From IMG/VR virus record IMGVR_UViG_3300004457_000077, positions 1 through 27,828 of that record: a stretch of 27,828 bases of DNA. One strand, 5' to 3'. Both the position numbers and the translations under genes were made by a program. The notes under the pieces are model-generated. The model had not been told where the DNA came from. It saw only the letters and a list, made by a program, of their open reading frames with translations, and made no database searches. Below are positions 1 through 10,352 of the stretch, one piece after another (positions within the stretch are counted from its first letter, which is position 1; every line of letters starts with the position of its first letter). Origin of the DNA: a virus (Duplodnaviria; Caudoviricetes).

Positions 1-1
1 T

Positions 2-3000
2 AATAACATTCCAGCAAATACTTTCATTAAGCAAATTATTAGTGATAGTCAGATTGAAATTGGAATTCCTGGTGCTAGGTTAAGTCAAGGATCTGTTAGA
101 AATGCAGTTGGTACTGCAAACTCTGGTGCTTGGTTATACTTTACATTACCAAATGCTGCTTGGTCTTCAATTACTCCAACATCTGATCCTACAATTACTC
201 AGGATACCCAAGTTGATGGCAATGGAGATCCTCTTCCCGAATGCTATAATATTGCAACGACTATTGAAGGATACTTTGAGCAAATTTTCTTAGTTCTTAA
301 TACTGGATATACAGCATTAGGTGGAACAGAAGTTGATGCTCATAACGCATTGATTGCTAACAAACGCTTTATTGCTGCAGAAGCAGTTTACAGAATTGCG
401 AATGATGCAACATATGCTGGAACATCGCTTGGACAAGGTTTATTAGCATCTACTGGTGAAACTATCGAAGATGCTTGTGTTGATGACGTTGAAACTGTAA
501 TTTCTGAAATCGCATACAACGTTAAGTTTGGTGGTAACAATAGAGTATATGCTGCTGCAGAACTTTATGTTTCTGGTGCTCATGTTCAAGGAGAAGAATC
601 TGAATCTTCGGCAGTATTTAATATGGCAAGAGACATTGCCATCCAGGTAATGCGCCAAGAAGCAGTTACAGTTAATGGAACTCATGGTCTTACACAGACT
701 ATTGATACAACAGTCATTCCTGAGTACGATGCGAATGGTAACTTAGTAACACCTCCTTGTGTATCAGTTGCTAATACTATTACTACTCTTACTGCACTGA
801 TTACTTCAGGTATTAATGGAACATCATTAGGTTCTATTACAACACCTAATTTTTCTTCTGTAACTCGTGTTGAACCCAATTCTGATCTCTCAGGTTTATC
901 TTCTAGAGCAACTTTATTCACGCTTGCTACGGGATCTCAAGCAGGCAACCCTAATCCACATGATTTGGAGACAGGAACTGCTATTAGATTGGTTCCAAGA
1001 GCTAAGTCGGGCACTAATCCTGATAAGCGTGTTATTCGTCTTCCTGATGGATTTAACACTAATACCAAATATTATGTAATTGCTCCTGGAAGAAATCTTT
1101 ACCCAGAGAACTTCTCTCTAAGTCAGCAAGTTATCACAGTATCTGAAGCTGCTGGAACATCATTTAGTACTGCTAATGCAACTAGAGCAACTGTTGATGG
1201 AATCTATCGTTCACTGGTTGCACAACCTAAGGTTGATGTAGATGGTACTGCACTAGCATCTGGTACTGGATTGAGATTTAATATCCAAGTTAATGCTGAT
1301 GGTTCACTACAACTTGGTGATGGTGCATCCCTTCCTGCTATTGCAACAGGTGGTTCTAGATACGATGCAGGAGACATTGTTGTTATTACTGATGCTCAAT
1401 TAGGAGGATCTGGTGCTCCTGATATCGAAATTGAAATTACTGCAGTTTCTTCTGCTGTATATCCTGGTGTCTTTGACGGAACTGAAACTAATAAGTTGAT
1501 GCTTGCAACTTCTCCAGAGAATGCAGCTGCCGGTATCTACATGTACTCTCCAGAGACTGACTCGGTTGATTCCGATGTTGAGATCTTTATTGAGCAGTAT
1601 GTATTAGATGGTAAGTACGATCTTCACAAGTACAAGTCTAACGTTGTCGGTGCATCTGAAATTGAGACAAACGTTGCTCATATCTTTGATGTTCCTGCTG
1701 CAAATACAACTCCTCAGCAAGTATTCATCAGAATTGCATCTGACATTCAAGGTTCCACATTACCAGAACTAAGTGGAACATCTGCTAACATCTCTACAAA
1801 TACTCTGTATTTTGTTAGATATGTTTCTAACAAGCGTATCACACTTCACACTAGTGCAGCAGATGCAGAATCTGGTGACAGAGCGTTGACATTTGTCAAT
1901 GGAACAGGTAATAACTTCTACGTTTACGCTAACAAGCGTCCTTCACCACTACTATTTGATCCAGAATATACTGCTACTGGTAATACTACTGGTTTGTGGT
2001 ATCTTTCGGTTAAGGATGAATCTAGTATCGGTGGATCTAATTATGATCGTTATAGTATCTTGTCTAGATTCCATGGTGGTGCTGAACAATCTGATGACTT
2101 CCAGACTAAAACTGATCCAACTCTTGATACAAGATATCTTCGCGTTGAAGATCCAAGAGAAAAAGAGGATAGAGTCTATAGAATGCGCTATGTTGTTCCA
2201 TCTTATTTGGAGACAGTACGTGATCCTCTCAATGGTTTTGTTATCAAAACAAGAACAGATGACAAGCGTCGTTTAGTACCACAAAGAGTTGTATTAAAAC
2301 CAATTCCTGGTAATCCTACTTCACTTGCTGCTTTCTATAATCCTAATGATGCAGGAGAGCAAATCGGTCTTAATAAGTCAGAACTGATTGCTGATCAAAT
2401 TAGAACAATTGATCCATCAGTTGTAGATCTATTACCTGAACAGCAAAATCTTTATGATCCATATCTTGGACCAAAAGTAATTGAATTTGATTCTAAGATT
2501 GCTGGTACGATTCAATCTGCAAGAAAAGTTGTACCACAATTTGGTGGAGATACTTACCTTGAAGTAACTTTATTTGACCATACGATTGTTAATCAGTCGG
2601 TCAAGAATGAGATCTTTACAGTTGTACGCTGTAATTTCTTACAAGGTGGATTCTTCACTGCTAATGCTACTGCAAGTAATGACGCTAACAAGATTACTTG
2701 GTCTACTGCTGGAGGCGGTGCTCAAGGTGAAGGTTATCTTCAGGCAACATTTGTTGATCAGGAAATTGCACAACAGACTCTTGTTATTAAAGAAGTAACT
2801 GGAACTCTTTCTTATACTCCTGGTGCGATCACTACATTTGAACAAGGTGATGTAAGTATTCAACTTGTGGATGTACCTAACTCTTTTGGTGATCCTAATA
2901 CGGGAACTCCTAAAGATAAGTCTTTAAGAGACAACTTCTTGTATAGAGTTGAAGGTGCAAATGTTTATACTACTTGTCCTGGTGATACTATCACCGATGA

Positions 3001-6000
3001 TAATGGTAACTCCTATTATGTTGCTACCATTGAAGATCAAGGAACATTTGAAGATACATTCTATATCTTCGACATTGATACATTACAAGAGCGTATTGCT
3101 AATCAGCAAGATGGTATTTACTATCTGACATGCTTACGTGGTGACATTTCTCCATTCCCAACTGGATCTGGTGTTGGTGAGAACTTCAGAAACTTTAAGT
3201 TCTCTCAACCTATCTCTCAGTTGTATCCTATCAACTATAAGAACGATCCTCTTTGGTTCCAAGTTGATGGAACTACAGGCACTAGAGATACTTCTATTGT
3301 TGATGTTCCTCAAACTATATCTGCTGCTGACAACTATGTCCATGGACTAGTAACAGTTAATGATGCTAAGGGTAGTGAAACTAAGGAGATGATTCAAGAT
3401 GCTATTTTAAATCCTGTACTAAGTAAAAATGGTTTTACAAATAGTACAACTGATTCAAATGGCAACATCATTGATAATAGAATTAGAGGACAAGAAGGTA
3501 ATGCTACCTCTGGTTCTGAAGATAGATTAATTCCTATCTCTGGTGACTCTCAGTTCCCAACAGAGCGTAAACTCTATGTTGAACTTAGAAGACCATCTAT
3601 TGCTAGATCTGGTAACCACACATTTGAGTATCTTGGATTTGGTCCAGGTAACTACTCAACTGGTTTCCCACTGCGTCAGGAAGTGGTCTTAACTGACAAA
3701 CAGGACTTCTATGCTCAAGCGAAGCGTGAAGACGGCGGTATCGTCTTCTACACGGGTCTGAACAGCAATGGTGACCTGTATATTGGTAATAAGAAAGTTA
3801 ATGCTATTACTGGTGAAGAAACATTCCTGGAATCTGCAGGTCTAATTGATTCTGAGGATGATGATGAGGATATCGGCACCCTTGTTACGACGTTCGATTC
3901 TCCTGTAACGTTTAATTCTACAATCGTAGTTGCAGGTAAATCTTCACTTAACGGACCAGTTGAAATTAATGTTGAAGCTTCTGAAGGTGATGCATTAAGA
4001 GTTATCTCTAACATCGCTGCTGGAGATGATCCCACACTATTCAATGGTTCTTGGAGACAGCAATCTGAAGGCGATATTCTTATCGCACGTAATAAGATTA
4101 GATCTGCAGTCTTTATTCTTAATGCGCGTCCAAAACCTGATGGTCAGTATGGTCAGTCATACACATTTAGAACACACTTTGCTGCTGGACAACCTTCTAA
4201 TATTGTTCCTTGGCAAAAAGCAGATACTTTCTATGCCTCTCAAAATGTAACTTATGGTGGTAATGCTCCAGAAGCTGGTGATATCCTTTATAAAGGAGAT
4301 TCTGTTGGTGAATCTGGTTCTCTTGGATGGATCTTAACTAATAGATTTGATTCTGTTGCTGCAAGCATCTTTACAATGACTGCTGATGGTACAAATACCA
4401 TCACTATTAATTGGGGTGCAACATTTACAAACCTGAATCAAAACGTTCTAGCAGATTCTAATATTAGAATCATTAACTTCTCTAATCCTGTATTTAATGG
4501 TACTTGGAATGTAGTTTCTAGCAGTTGGACTGAATCTGGTGTTACAGTACAATTCCAGATTTCAACTGCAATTACTGCTGGTACAACTTATACTTCTGCT
4601 GATTGGACAAACGGAGACATTTTAGTTTCTGTTAAGAATTGGAAAGAATGGGGTGTACTTGGTGCTGAAGCACTAAGAACTTATTCTGCAGAAAGAGGAG
4701 ATTATCGTTTAGGTATTAATACTATTGCAAGAGCAGCACATAGTGCTGCTTTAACTGGCAATGTCGATGATTTCACAACACCAAGAGCAAACTTGGATAT
4801 TGTTGGTACAGCATTCATTAGTGGTAAAACTCTTGCTACCTATACGTCCGGTGGCATTCTAACCCAAAATCGTTACGATCTCTTTAACCTCAATTCAGAT
4901 CAAAGAGAAGGTCTATCTGGTGTTTCACTTCAAACTCAAGGATTTATTGGTCAAGACAATGCGCTCTTAGTTGGTGGAGATAGTAATGATATCGATGAAC
5001 GCGCAACATTACGTGTTGCCACAACTGATAATACTACTAATCCTACTACAACATATAGAAATGGTGGTAGACTCGGTGTTAATACAACTCTGGGACTACT
5101 AGCAGAAGATGAACTTGATCGTAACCTTGTGGTTATTGGTGATGGTAGAATTTCTGGCAACTTTAAAATTGAAGATGACATTAGTGTAGATGGTGGTGAT
5201 ATTAATACCACTTCTCAGACATTTAATCTCATCAATAATAATGCTACAATTTTAAATGTGGCAGGTGATGCTCAACTTGTCAACATGTTTGACAATACAG
5301 TTAACGACCAAACTATTTCGATTGGTAGTTCTGCTAATTTCTCTACGATAAGAATCGGTACAAATTGTGCAAGATCTGTATTAAGTATCCATCCTCAATC
5401 TACTAATGCATTTGTAGACATTGCTTCAGTTGCTGATGATGCTGCTAATGTATCACAAGTAGCTATTGGTGGAGCATGGGCGAACCTAGATTCTAAGGTT
5501 ATTTTAGGTTCTGCTCAAACAATTGCTTCAGGGACATTAGAGATTGGTAATAAAGTTTCTGCTGGTACTGGACAAACGAGAATCTTCTCTCAAACAAGTT
5601 TGGTTAGAGTATTTGATGATGATAGAAACCAAACCATTGAAGCATTTACTAAATCAAACAACATTACTATTGGTTCTCTTGGTGGTAATACCACAATTAG
5701 AAACTCCCTGAAAGTCCAGGCATCTGCAACAGTTGATTCCAGCATTATCCTTGATGGTGGCACAACCGCAGGTATTATTGAAATTGTAAGAGAAAGATTC
5801 TCTACTCCTTTAAATCTTCACAACTTAGGTAGTCTTGATACTCCTAACCTTGACTTCTACAAATACTCTACTACTGGTAAAGTAATTGATACTGAAGGTG
5901 TAAGACTATGGGGTGGAACTCAAGATCTTGCAGGAGGCGGAAGAATTTCCGACTTCGATAACTTACAAGCACCAGATCCATCAGGTTTACGTGTTTCTGG

Positions 6001-7759
6001 AACATATACATTCAGATTTGCTACAGGTGGTAGTGGTAGTGGAGCAGCATTTGATGTTAATGTAGCATTTGATGGTACAGTAACAGTTGAGATTGTTTCC
6101 ACTGGTAATGGTTATGCTGATAACCAAACATTAATTATCTCCGACTCTTTAGTTGGTGGTGGTGGTGCTCCAAATATTACTTTAGATATCAATGGAGTCA
6201 CTGATTCTAGCGATGTTTATATCTTACCTATCACTACACCATCTATAACCGATTTTAGTATTGGTGATCTAATCCTTCTGGATCGTGGCAATGCTGCGTC
6301 ACCTGATTCGATTATTGTTACTGGTGGTGGATCTGTTCTTGGATTGAGAGATCAATCAAAGTCCGAGATCATGCGTGTTGTTGGTCTTGATAATGTAAGT
6401 GATCCAACTTCATCTCAAGGATTTAGAATCTCTGTTACAAGAGCTCAAGAAGGTACTGGAGATCCTGCAACTCAAGTTGCTGGTCAACGTCAAGGTTGGA
6501 CAGATCACCCTGATGGTTGTGTTATTGCTAAACTCGATAAGCAACCTAATGCATCCTTTATCACTGGTAAGGACGTTGGTTCACCTAGTGATCCTAATAC
6601 TCCTGATGGTATCTTGGATGAACCAAAATCTGGTATTGATGGAACTAATGCTAATGTAAGAATTGGTGTTGCTGAATTTGGTGGAGTTCTTACTACTCAG
6701 GATCTTTTGAGAATTGACGGATCTGAAATTGTTGGTATTGCTGATGTTATTAGCACCGATGTTCAGGCACTAATTGTTAATGATGGTGGATCACCTGCTG
6801 TAGAAAACTTTAGAGTTAATTCTACTACTGGCGACACTACTATTGCTGGCAATGTAGGCATAGGACTTGGATTCACTCAGTTTACAATTAATGGACAGAA
6901 TGGTAATACAGATATTGCTGGAACATTAACAACTGAAAATACATTAACAATTAATGGTTCTACAGTTGTCAATCAAGAGTTCTTCACTATTACTAATGGT
7001 GGTCCTTCTTTTGCTGATGATGGCGTAACAATTGTTACTCCTTTAAGAACTACATTTGAAATTGATACTGCTAACGGCAATGTAACGATGAACGGGGGCA
7101 ACCTTAACATCCTTGCAGTTGATGGAACTACTCCACGTCTGACATTACTTGATGGTGGCGATCTTACAGTTTATGGTTCTCTATCTGCTGAAGGTGATGG
7201 ACTATCTAAATTCGGTGGTCCTGTTCAAATTGCTGGTGACCTAACAGTCAATGGTGGTGATTTAGTTGTTAATCAGAATGGTGTTGAAATCTTTGCAGTT
7301 GATGATGATGGTTCGGTTAATATTGCTAAAATCACCAACTACTTCTCAAATACTGGTGGTACTAAGTGGAAATCTTATAACACAAGTATTATTAACGCCG
7401 AAGCAAATGTTAATTGTTTCGTTGATGTTTCTGGTACATCACTATTGAAACTTCCTGAAAGTGCTCAAATGGGTGATATGATTCGTGTTATAGATATAAG
7501 TGGTGTTCTATCTTACGATAAGTCTTTGGTTGTTCGTGCTCCTAATCTTATAAGGATTCAAGGATCAGTTAGCAACACGGGAACAGTCGTAACAGGAAAC
7601 ACACTAGGGGAAAACTTCTCTCTAACTCATAACGGCGGCGAACTAATTGTTCAAACACCTAATGCATCATTCGGTTTAGTTTATGCAGGAACTGCTGATG
7701 TAGATGGAGGACCCGGAGTTAATCCAAACCGAGAGGGTTGGTATCTAATGGACGTATAA
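2..7759 (+). CDS. Giant virion structural protein (tail fibre/baseplate-associated), 5'-truncated, at least 2585 aa
   Basis: Frame 2 is open from base 2 (NNIPANTFIKQIISDSQIEIG...) through the track's TTG at 350, so the true start lies upstream of the window. It is G/T/S/N/V-rich, with H-x-L-x-TG...LP...YYV repeats and the segment RRPSIARSGNHTFEYLGFGPGNYSTGFP, which I recall from cyanomyovirus giant structural proteins. The C-terminal domain (AEANVNCFVDVSG...LPESAQMGDMIRVIDISG...GWYL) is of the type seen in T4-like tail fibres. Confidence 0.8.
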   Translation, partial: NNIPANTFIKQIISDSQIEIGIPGARLSQGSVRNAVGTANSGAWLYFTLPNAAWSSITPTSDPTITQDTQVDGNGDPLPECYNIATTIEGYFEQIFLVLNTGYTALGGTEVDAHNALIANKRFIAAEAVYRIANDATYAGTSLGQGLLASTGETIEDACVDDVETVISEIAYNVKFGGNNRVYAAAELYVSGAHVQGEESESSAVFNMARDIAIQVMRQEAVTVNGTHGLTQTIDTTVIPEYDANGNLVTPPCVSVANTITTLTALITSGINGTSLGSITTPNFSSVTRVEPNSDLSGLSSRATLFTLATGSQAGNPNPHDLETGTAIRLVPRAKSGTNPDKRVIRLPDGFNTNTKYYVIAPGRNLYPENFSLSQQVITVSEAAGTSFSTANATRATVDGIYRSLVAQPKVDVDGTALASGTGLRFNIQVNADGSLQLGDGASLPAIATGGSRYDAGDIVVITDAQLGGSGAPDIEIEITAVSSAVYPGVFDGTETNKLMLATSPENAAAGIYMYSPETDSVDSDVEIFIEQYVLDGKYDLHKYKSNVVGASEIETNVAHIFDVPAANTTPQQVFIRIASDIQGSTLPELSGTSANISTNTLYFVRYVSNKRITLHTSAADAESGDRALTFVNGTGNNFYVYANKRPSPLLFDPEYTATGNTTGLWYLSVKDESSIGGSNYDRYSILSRFHGGAEQSDDFQTKTDPTLDTRYLRVEDPREKEDRVYRMRYVVPSYLETVRDPLNGFVIKTRTDDKRRLVPQRVVLKPIPGNPTSLAAFYNPNDAGEQIGLNKSELIADQIRTIDPSVVDLLPEQQNLYDPYLGPKVIEFDSKIAGTIQSARKVVPQFGGDTYLEVTLFDHTIVNQSVKNEIFTVVRCNFLQGGFFTANATASNDANKITWSTAGGGAQGEGYLQATFVDQEIAQQTLVIKEVTGTLSYTPGAITTFEQGDVSIQLVDVPNSFGDPNTGTPKDKSLRDNFLYRVEGANVYTTCPGDTITDDNGNSYYVATIEDQGTFEDTFYIFDIDTLQERIANQQDGIYYLTCLRGDISPFPTGSGVGENFRNFKFSQPISQLYPINYKNDPLWFQVDGTTGTRDTSIVDVPQTISAADNYVHGLVTVNDAKGSETKEMIQDAILNPVLSKNGFTNSTTDSNGNIIDNRIRGQEGNATSGSEDRLIPISGDSQFPTERKLYVELRRPSIARSGNHTFEYLGFGPGNYSTGFPLRQEVVLTDKQDFYAQAKREDGGIVFYTGLNSNGDLYIGNKKVNAITGEETFLESAGLIDSEDDDEDIGTLVTTFDSPVTFNSTIVVAGKSSLNGPVEINVEASEGDALRVISNIAAGDDPTLFNGSWRQQSEGDILIARNKIRSAVFILNARPKPDGQYGQSYTFRTHFAAGQPSNIVPWQKADTFYASQNVTYGGNAPEAGDILYKGDSVGESGSLGWILTNRFDSVAASIFTMTADGTNTITINWGATFTNLNQNVLADSNIRIINFSNPVFNGTWNVVSSSWTESGVTVQFQISTAITAGTTYTSADWTNGDILVSVKNWKEWGVLGAEALRTYSAERGDYRLGINTIARAAHSAALTGNVDDFTTPRANLDIVGTAFISGKTLATYTSGGILTQNRYDLFNLNSDQREGLSGVSLQTQGFIGQDNALLVGGDSNDIDERATLRVATTDNTTNPTTTYRNGGRLGVNTTLGLLAEDELDRNLVVIGDGRISGNFKIEDDISVDGGDINTTSQTFNLINNNATILNVAGDAQLVNMFDNTVNDQTISIGSSANFSTIRIGTNCARSVLSIHPQSTNAFVDIASVADDAANVSQVAIGGAWANLDSKVILGSAQTIASGTLEIGNKVSAGTGQTRIFSQTSLVRVFDDDRNQTIEAFTKSNNITIGSLGGNTTIRNSLKVQASATVDSSIILDGGTTAGIIEIVRERFSTPLNLHNLGSLDTPNLDFYKYSTTGKVIDTEGVRLWGGTQDLAGGGRISDFDNLQAPDPSGLRVSGTYTFRFATGGSGSGAAFDVNVAFDGTVTVEIVSTGNGYADNQTLIISDSLVGGGGAPNITLDINGVTDSSDVYILPITTPSITDFSIGDLILLDRGNAASPDSIIVTGGGSVLGLRDQSKSEIMRVVGLDNVSDPTSSQGFRISVTRAQEGTGDPATQVAGQRQGWTDHPDGCVIAKLDKQPNASFITGKDVGSPSDPNTPDGILDEPKSGIDGTNANVRIGVAEFGGVLTTQDLLRIDGSEIVGIADVISTDVQALIVNDGGSPAVENFRVNSTTGDTTIAGNVGIGLGFTQFTINGQNGNTDIAGTLTTENTLTINGSTVVNQEFFTITNGGPSFADDGVTIVTPLRTTFEIDTANGNVTMNGGNLNILAVDGTTPRLTLLDGGDLTVYGSLSAEGDGLSKFGGPVQIAGDLTVNGGDLVVNQNGVEIFAVDDDGSVNIAKITNYFSNTGGTKWKSYNTSIINAEANVNCFVDVSGTSLLKLPESAQMGDMIRVIDISGVLSYDKSLVVRAPNLIRIQGSVSNTGTVVTGNTLGENFSLTHNGGELIVQTPNASFGLVYAGTADVDGGPGVNPNREGWYLMDV

Positions 7760-7762
7760 CAG

Positions 7763-9460
7763 ATGTCATTCTATCAAGAAATTAAAACTGCCAAGGCAGC
7801 TGCTATAGGAACAATTATGCCATGGACCGGGGGTACATCCGATATCCCCGATGGGTGGATTCCATGTGATGGATCACAAATATCAGCTGCCGATTTTCCT
7901 CTATTAGCAAGAGCAATTGGGGATACATATAATCTTTCTACAGCAGTTACTGAAGGGTTAATCGATACTTTTTCTTCTGGCGCATCAATTGAAACTGGTA
8001 GAACTCCGGGAACATATACTTCTTCTCCAGACGATGGTAGTGGTGCCGGTGCTACATTTTCTATTGTAGTTGGTGATCAGGGAACAAATGGAGGTGGAGC
8101 ACCCAATGGTTTGGGTGATTTAGTTACTGTTGCTTTACTACAGCAAGGAATTAATTATCAAGTAGGAGATACATTAACTATTCCAAGTGGAAATTCTGGT
8201 AATGGTACTGATATTAGTGTTACTATTAATGCAGTAGAACAAGGATCAATATCTACATTTCAAGGACAATTTCCAAATTATCAAGGAGAAGTTGTACTTC
8301 CGGCATTAATTAATAGACCTTTAGTTGATCAAGAAATTGATTATTATGGTCCTGCAACTCCTACCGGACGAGCATTTGATCAACAGGCTGATGCGATAGC
8401 AGAAGTTGTGCCTTATATTGGAGTGAATAGTGATGTAGGTGTACCTACTTCTTTTAATGATGTTGCTACTGATGTAATATTTGAGTTGAATGAGAGAACA
8501 TTTACATCAGGTGGTGATAGTGGAACCCTTAGTTACTTTTATACTGGAAAATTATCAGGAAACACTATTATTGCAGGTTCTGGTACTGGTTCTAAAATAG
8601 TATATTTTGGACCTAGAAAATTAGGTAGAGGGCATGTTAAAACTCATAGTCATAGTGGTAATATTGAAACAATTAAAGCAACTCCCACTACTCAACCAGG
8701 AGAAGGTGTTGTTCCTTGGGGAAATATAAACTATACTTTTAATGCTCAAGTTGAGCAAAGTGATGACGATATTTTTATTACTGATGACAATCGTTTTATT
8801 GTAGAATATGAAATGGGTGGTGATTATGACCGAGGTGAATCTGGATTTGGTGGTGGACAAGCAGGAAGAACAGTAGCAGGAGTCTTTGCTGAAAATCCTC
8901 CTGTTAACTGGACTCCAAAATATGTTGAGTGGAATCCTATTAAAGCAGATCTTACTCAACCACAAAATGTGCGAAGTTTTCCTGGAACTAGTGGTACTTA
9001 TGATGGTAATGCATTATCTGGTGGTATTTTCGGATTTAATGCTGGTCCTGGAGAAGCAAGAGCGGTGGCATATGGACAAGGAGGAAATAGTCTAGATCTA
9101 CCTACCGGACAAACTAGTTTTTATCCAGATTTGGTAGAATATGCTGGTAATATACCTGCATTATCAAATCCAACTGCATTCAAATCTTACGATACTTTAA
9201 ATAGTAATCCTGGTTGGGATTTCACCCGCACAGTACAATCTGGTGGTACACAAGATGTAATTCAATCACATACCCATGATGAATTTGATGTTAACTTTGA
9301 ATTATCAGGTTTGAGACCATTAAATACATTAAATGTGTATGTTACTGCACCCAATGATAATTTAAGTTTAGATAATGCACGAAATGTTGGAGTATTCCAA
9401 ATTAATTTCAATACTACTCAACCTGGAATGACTTGTGTTTACGTAATCAGAGCATATTAA
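7763..9460 (+). CDS. Tail-collar-domain fibre protein A (gp12/short-fibre-like)
   Basis: N-terminal collar motif IGTIMPWTGG..IPDGWIPCDGSQISAADFPLLARAIGDTY; two HxH motifs (HSH, HTH); C-terminal QPGMTCVYVIRAY typical of collar-domain proteins. Starts 3 nt after the upstream stop. Confidence 0.8.
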   Translation: MSFYQEIKTAKAAAIGTIMPWTGGTSDIPDGWIPCDGSQISAADFPLLARAIGDTYNLSTAVTEGLIDTFSSGASIETGRTPGTYTSSPDDGSGAGATFSIVVGDQGTNGGGAPNGLGDLVTVALLQQGINYQVGDTLTIPSGNSGNGTDISVTINAVEQGSISTFQGQFPNYQGEVVLPALINRPLVDQEIDYYGPATPTGRAFDQQADAIAEVVPYIGVNSDVGVPTSFNDVATDVIFELNERTFTSGGDSGTLSYFYTGKLSGNTIIAGSGTGSKIVYFGPRKLGRGHVKTHSHSGNIETIKATPTTQPGEGVVPWGNINYTFNAQVEQSDDDIFITDDNRFIVEYEMGGDYDRGESGFGGGQAGRTVAGVFAENPPVNWTPKYVEWNPIKADLTQPQNVRSFPGTSGTYDGNALSGGIFGFNAGPGEARAVAYGQGGNSLDLPTGQTSFYPDLVEYAGNIPALSNPTAFKSYDTLNSNPGWDFTRTVQSGGTQDVIQSHTHDEFDVNFELSGLRPLNTLNVYVTAPNDNLSLDNARNVGVFQINFNTTQPGMTCVYVIRAY

Positions 9461-9461
9461 A

Positions 9462-10343
9462 ATGTCAAACAATAATTATTCACAAGTAAGAGCAAAATTT
9501 GGGGGATATATCGGATCCATTCAGGTTCATGCTACTCCGTTAATTGGGGGCATTAATGATCCAAATTCTTCAGATTTTATTGATGTTATACCTGGAGGAT
9601 TTTTGAAATGTGATGGTAGCATTAAAAATGCTTCAGATTTTTATGCATTATCCAAAGTTCTTGGTGTTGGGACTAATTGTAAGTTTAAAAAAGATAATGT
9701 GGTACTAAGAGAACCAGATGAAGAAACTGGAGATTTAGGTCAATTTCAATTACCCGATTTGGGATCCAAAGTTATTACACCTAATAGATCAACTGGTGAC
9801 TATTTAAATACACTTGTTGGAGATACTGATGAGACTAGAGTTGGTCCTTCTGTAGAAGTTTTTTGTAACGAAGGAACTCAATTGACATGTGACTTCATTG
9901 GTAATTTTGTAGGGGAACCGGTTTTGAATACTTATGCTATGAAATCTAATCCAAAATATTCTTTTGATACTACTTCATCTAGTACATTATTAGACATTGA
10001 AAATTTTCAAGGTCATGCTCATGAAGCTAATACAAATGTTTTAAACTATACAACAAACCATCAAACCGGTGGAGATGGTAAAGATAATGGTCAATCGATT
10101 GCAAATAGTGGATCTGGTAATGAACTCGAAGTGAGTAGTCAAAACACAACTGCACTTTCCGGGCATACTCATAAAATTGGTAAACCAATTTCATATACAT
10201 CTAATTTCGCATATTCTCATCAAGCTTTCCCAATCCCTGCAGATAATGTAAATACAACACTTAACGTATCTGTTGAAAACATTAATGCATTGAATGAAGT
10301 AGTAACTCCTTTTATTATTGTTACATACATTATTAAAATTTGA
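9462..10343 (+). CDS. Tail-collar-domain fibre protein B
   Basis: IGSIQVHA...PGGFLKCDGS...FYALSKVLG...FQLPDLGSKVI collar motif; HAH and HTH motifs; C-terminal VTPFIIVTYIIKI. Confidence 0.8.
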   Translation: MSNNNYSQVRAKFGGYIGSIQVHATPLIGGINDPNSSDFIDVIPGGFLKCDGSIKNASDFYALSKVLGVGTNCKFKKDNVVLREPDEETGDLGQFQLPDLGSKVITPNRSTGDYLNTLVGDTDETRVGPSVEVFCNEGTQLTCDFIGNFVGEPVLNTYAMKSNPKYSFDTTSSSTLLDIENFQGHAHEANTNVLNYTTNHQTGGDGKDNGQSIANSGSGNELEVSSQNTTALSGHTHKIGKPISYTSNFAYSHQAFPIPADNVNTTLNVSVENINALNEVVTPFIIVTYIIKI

Positions 10344-10352
10344 GGTTTAGAT

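Noticed and set aside
102-293. 63-aa ORF and the TTG start at 350
   Set aside because: Frame 2 is open from base 2, so the 63-aa ORF is an out-of-frame shadow inside the giant gene and 350 is not the real start.
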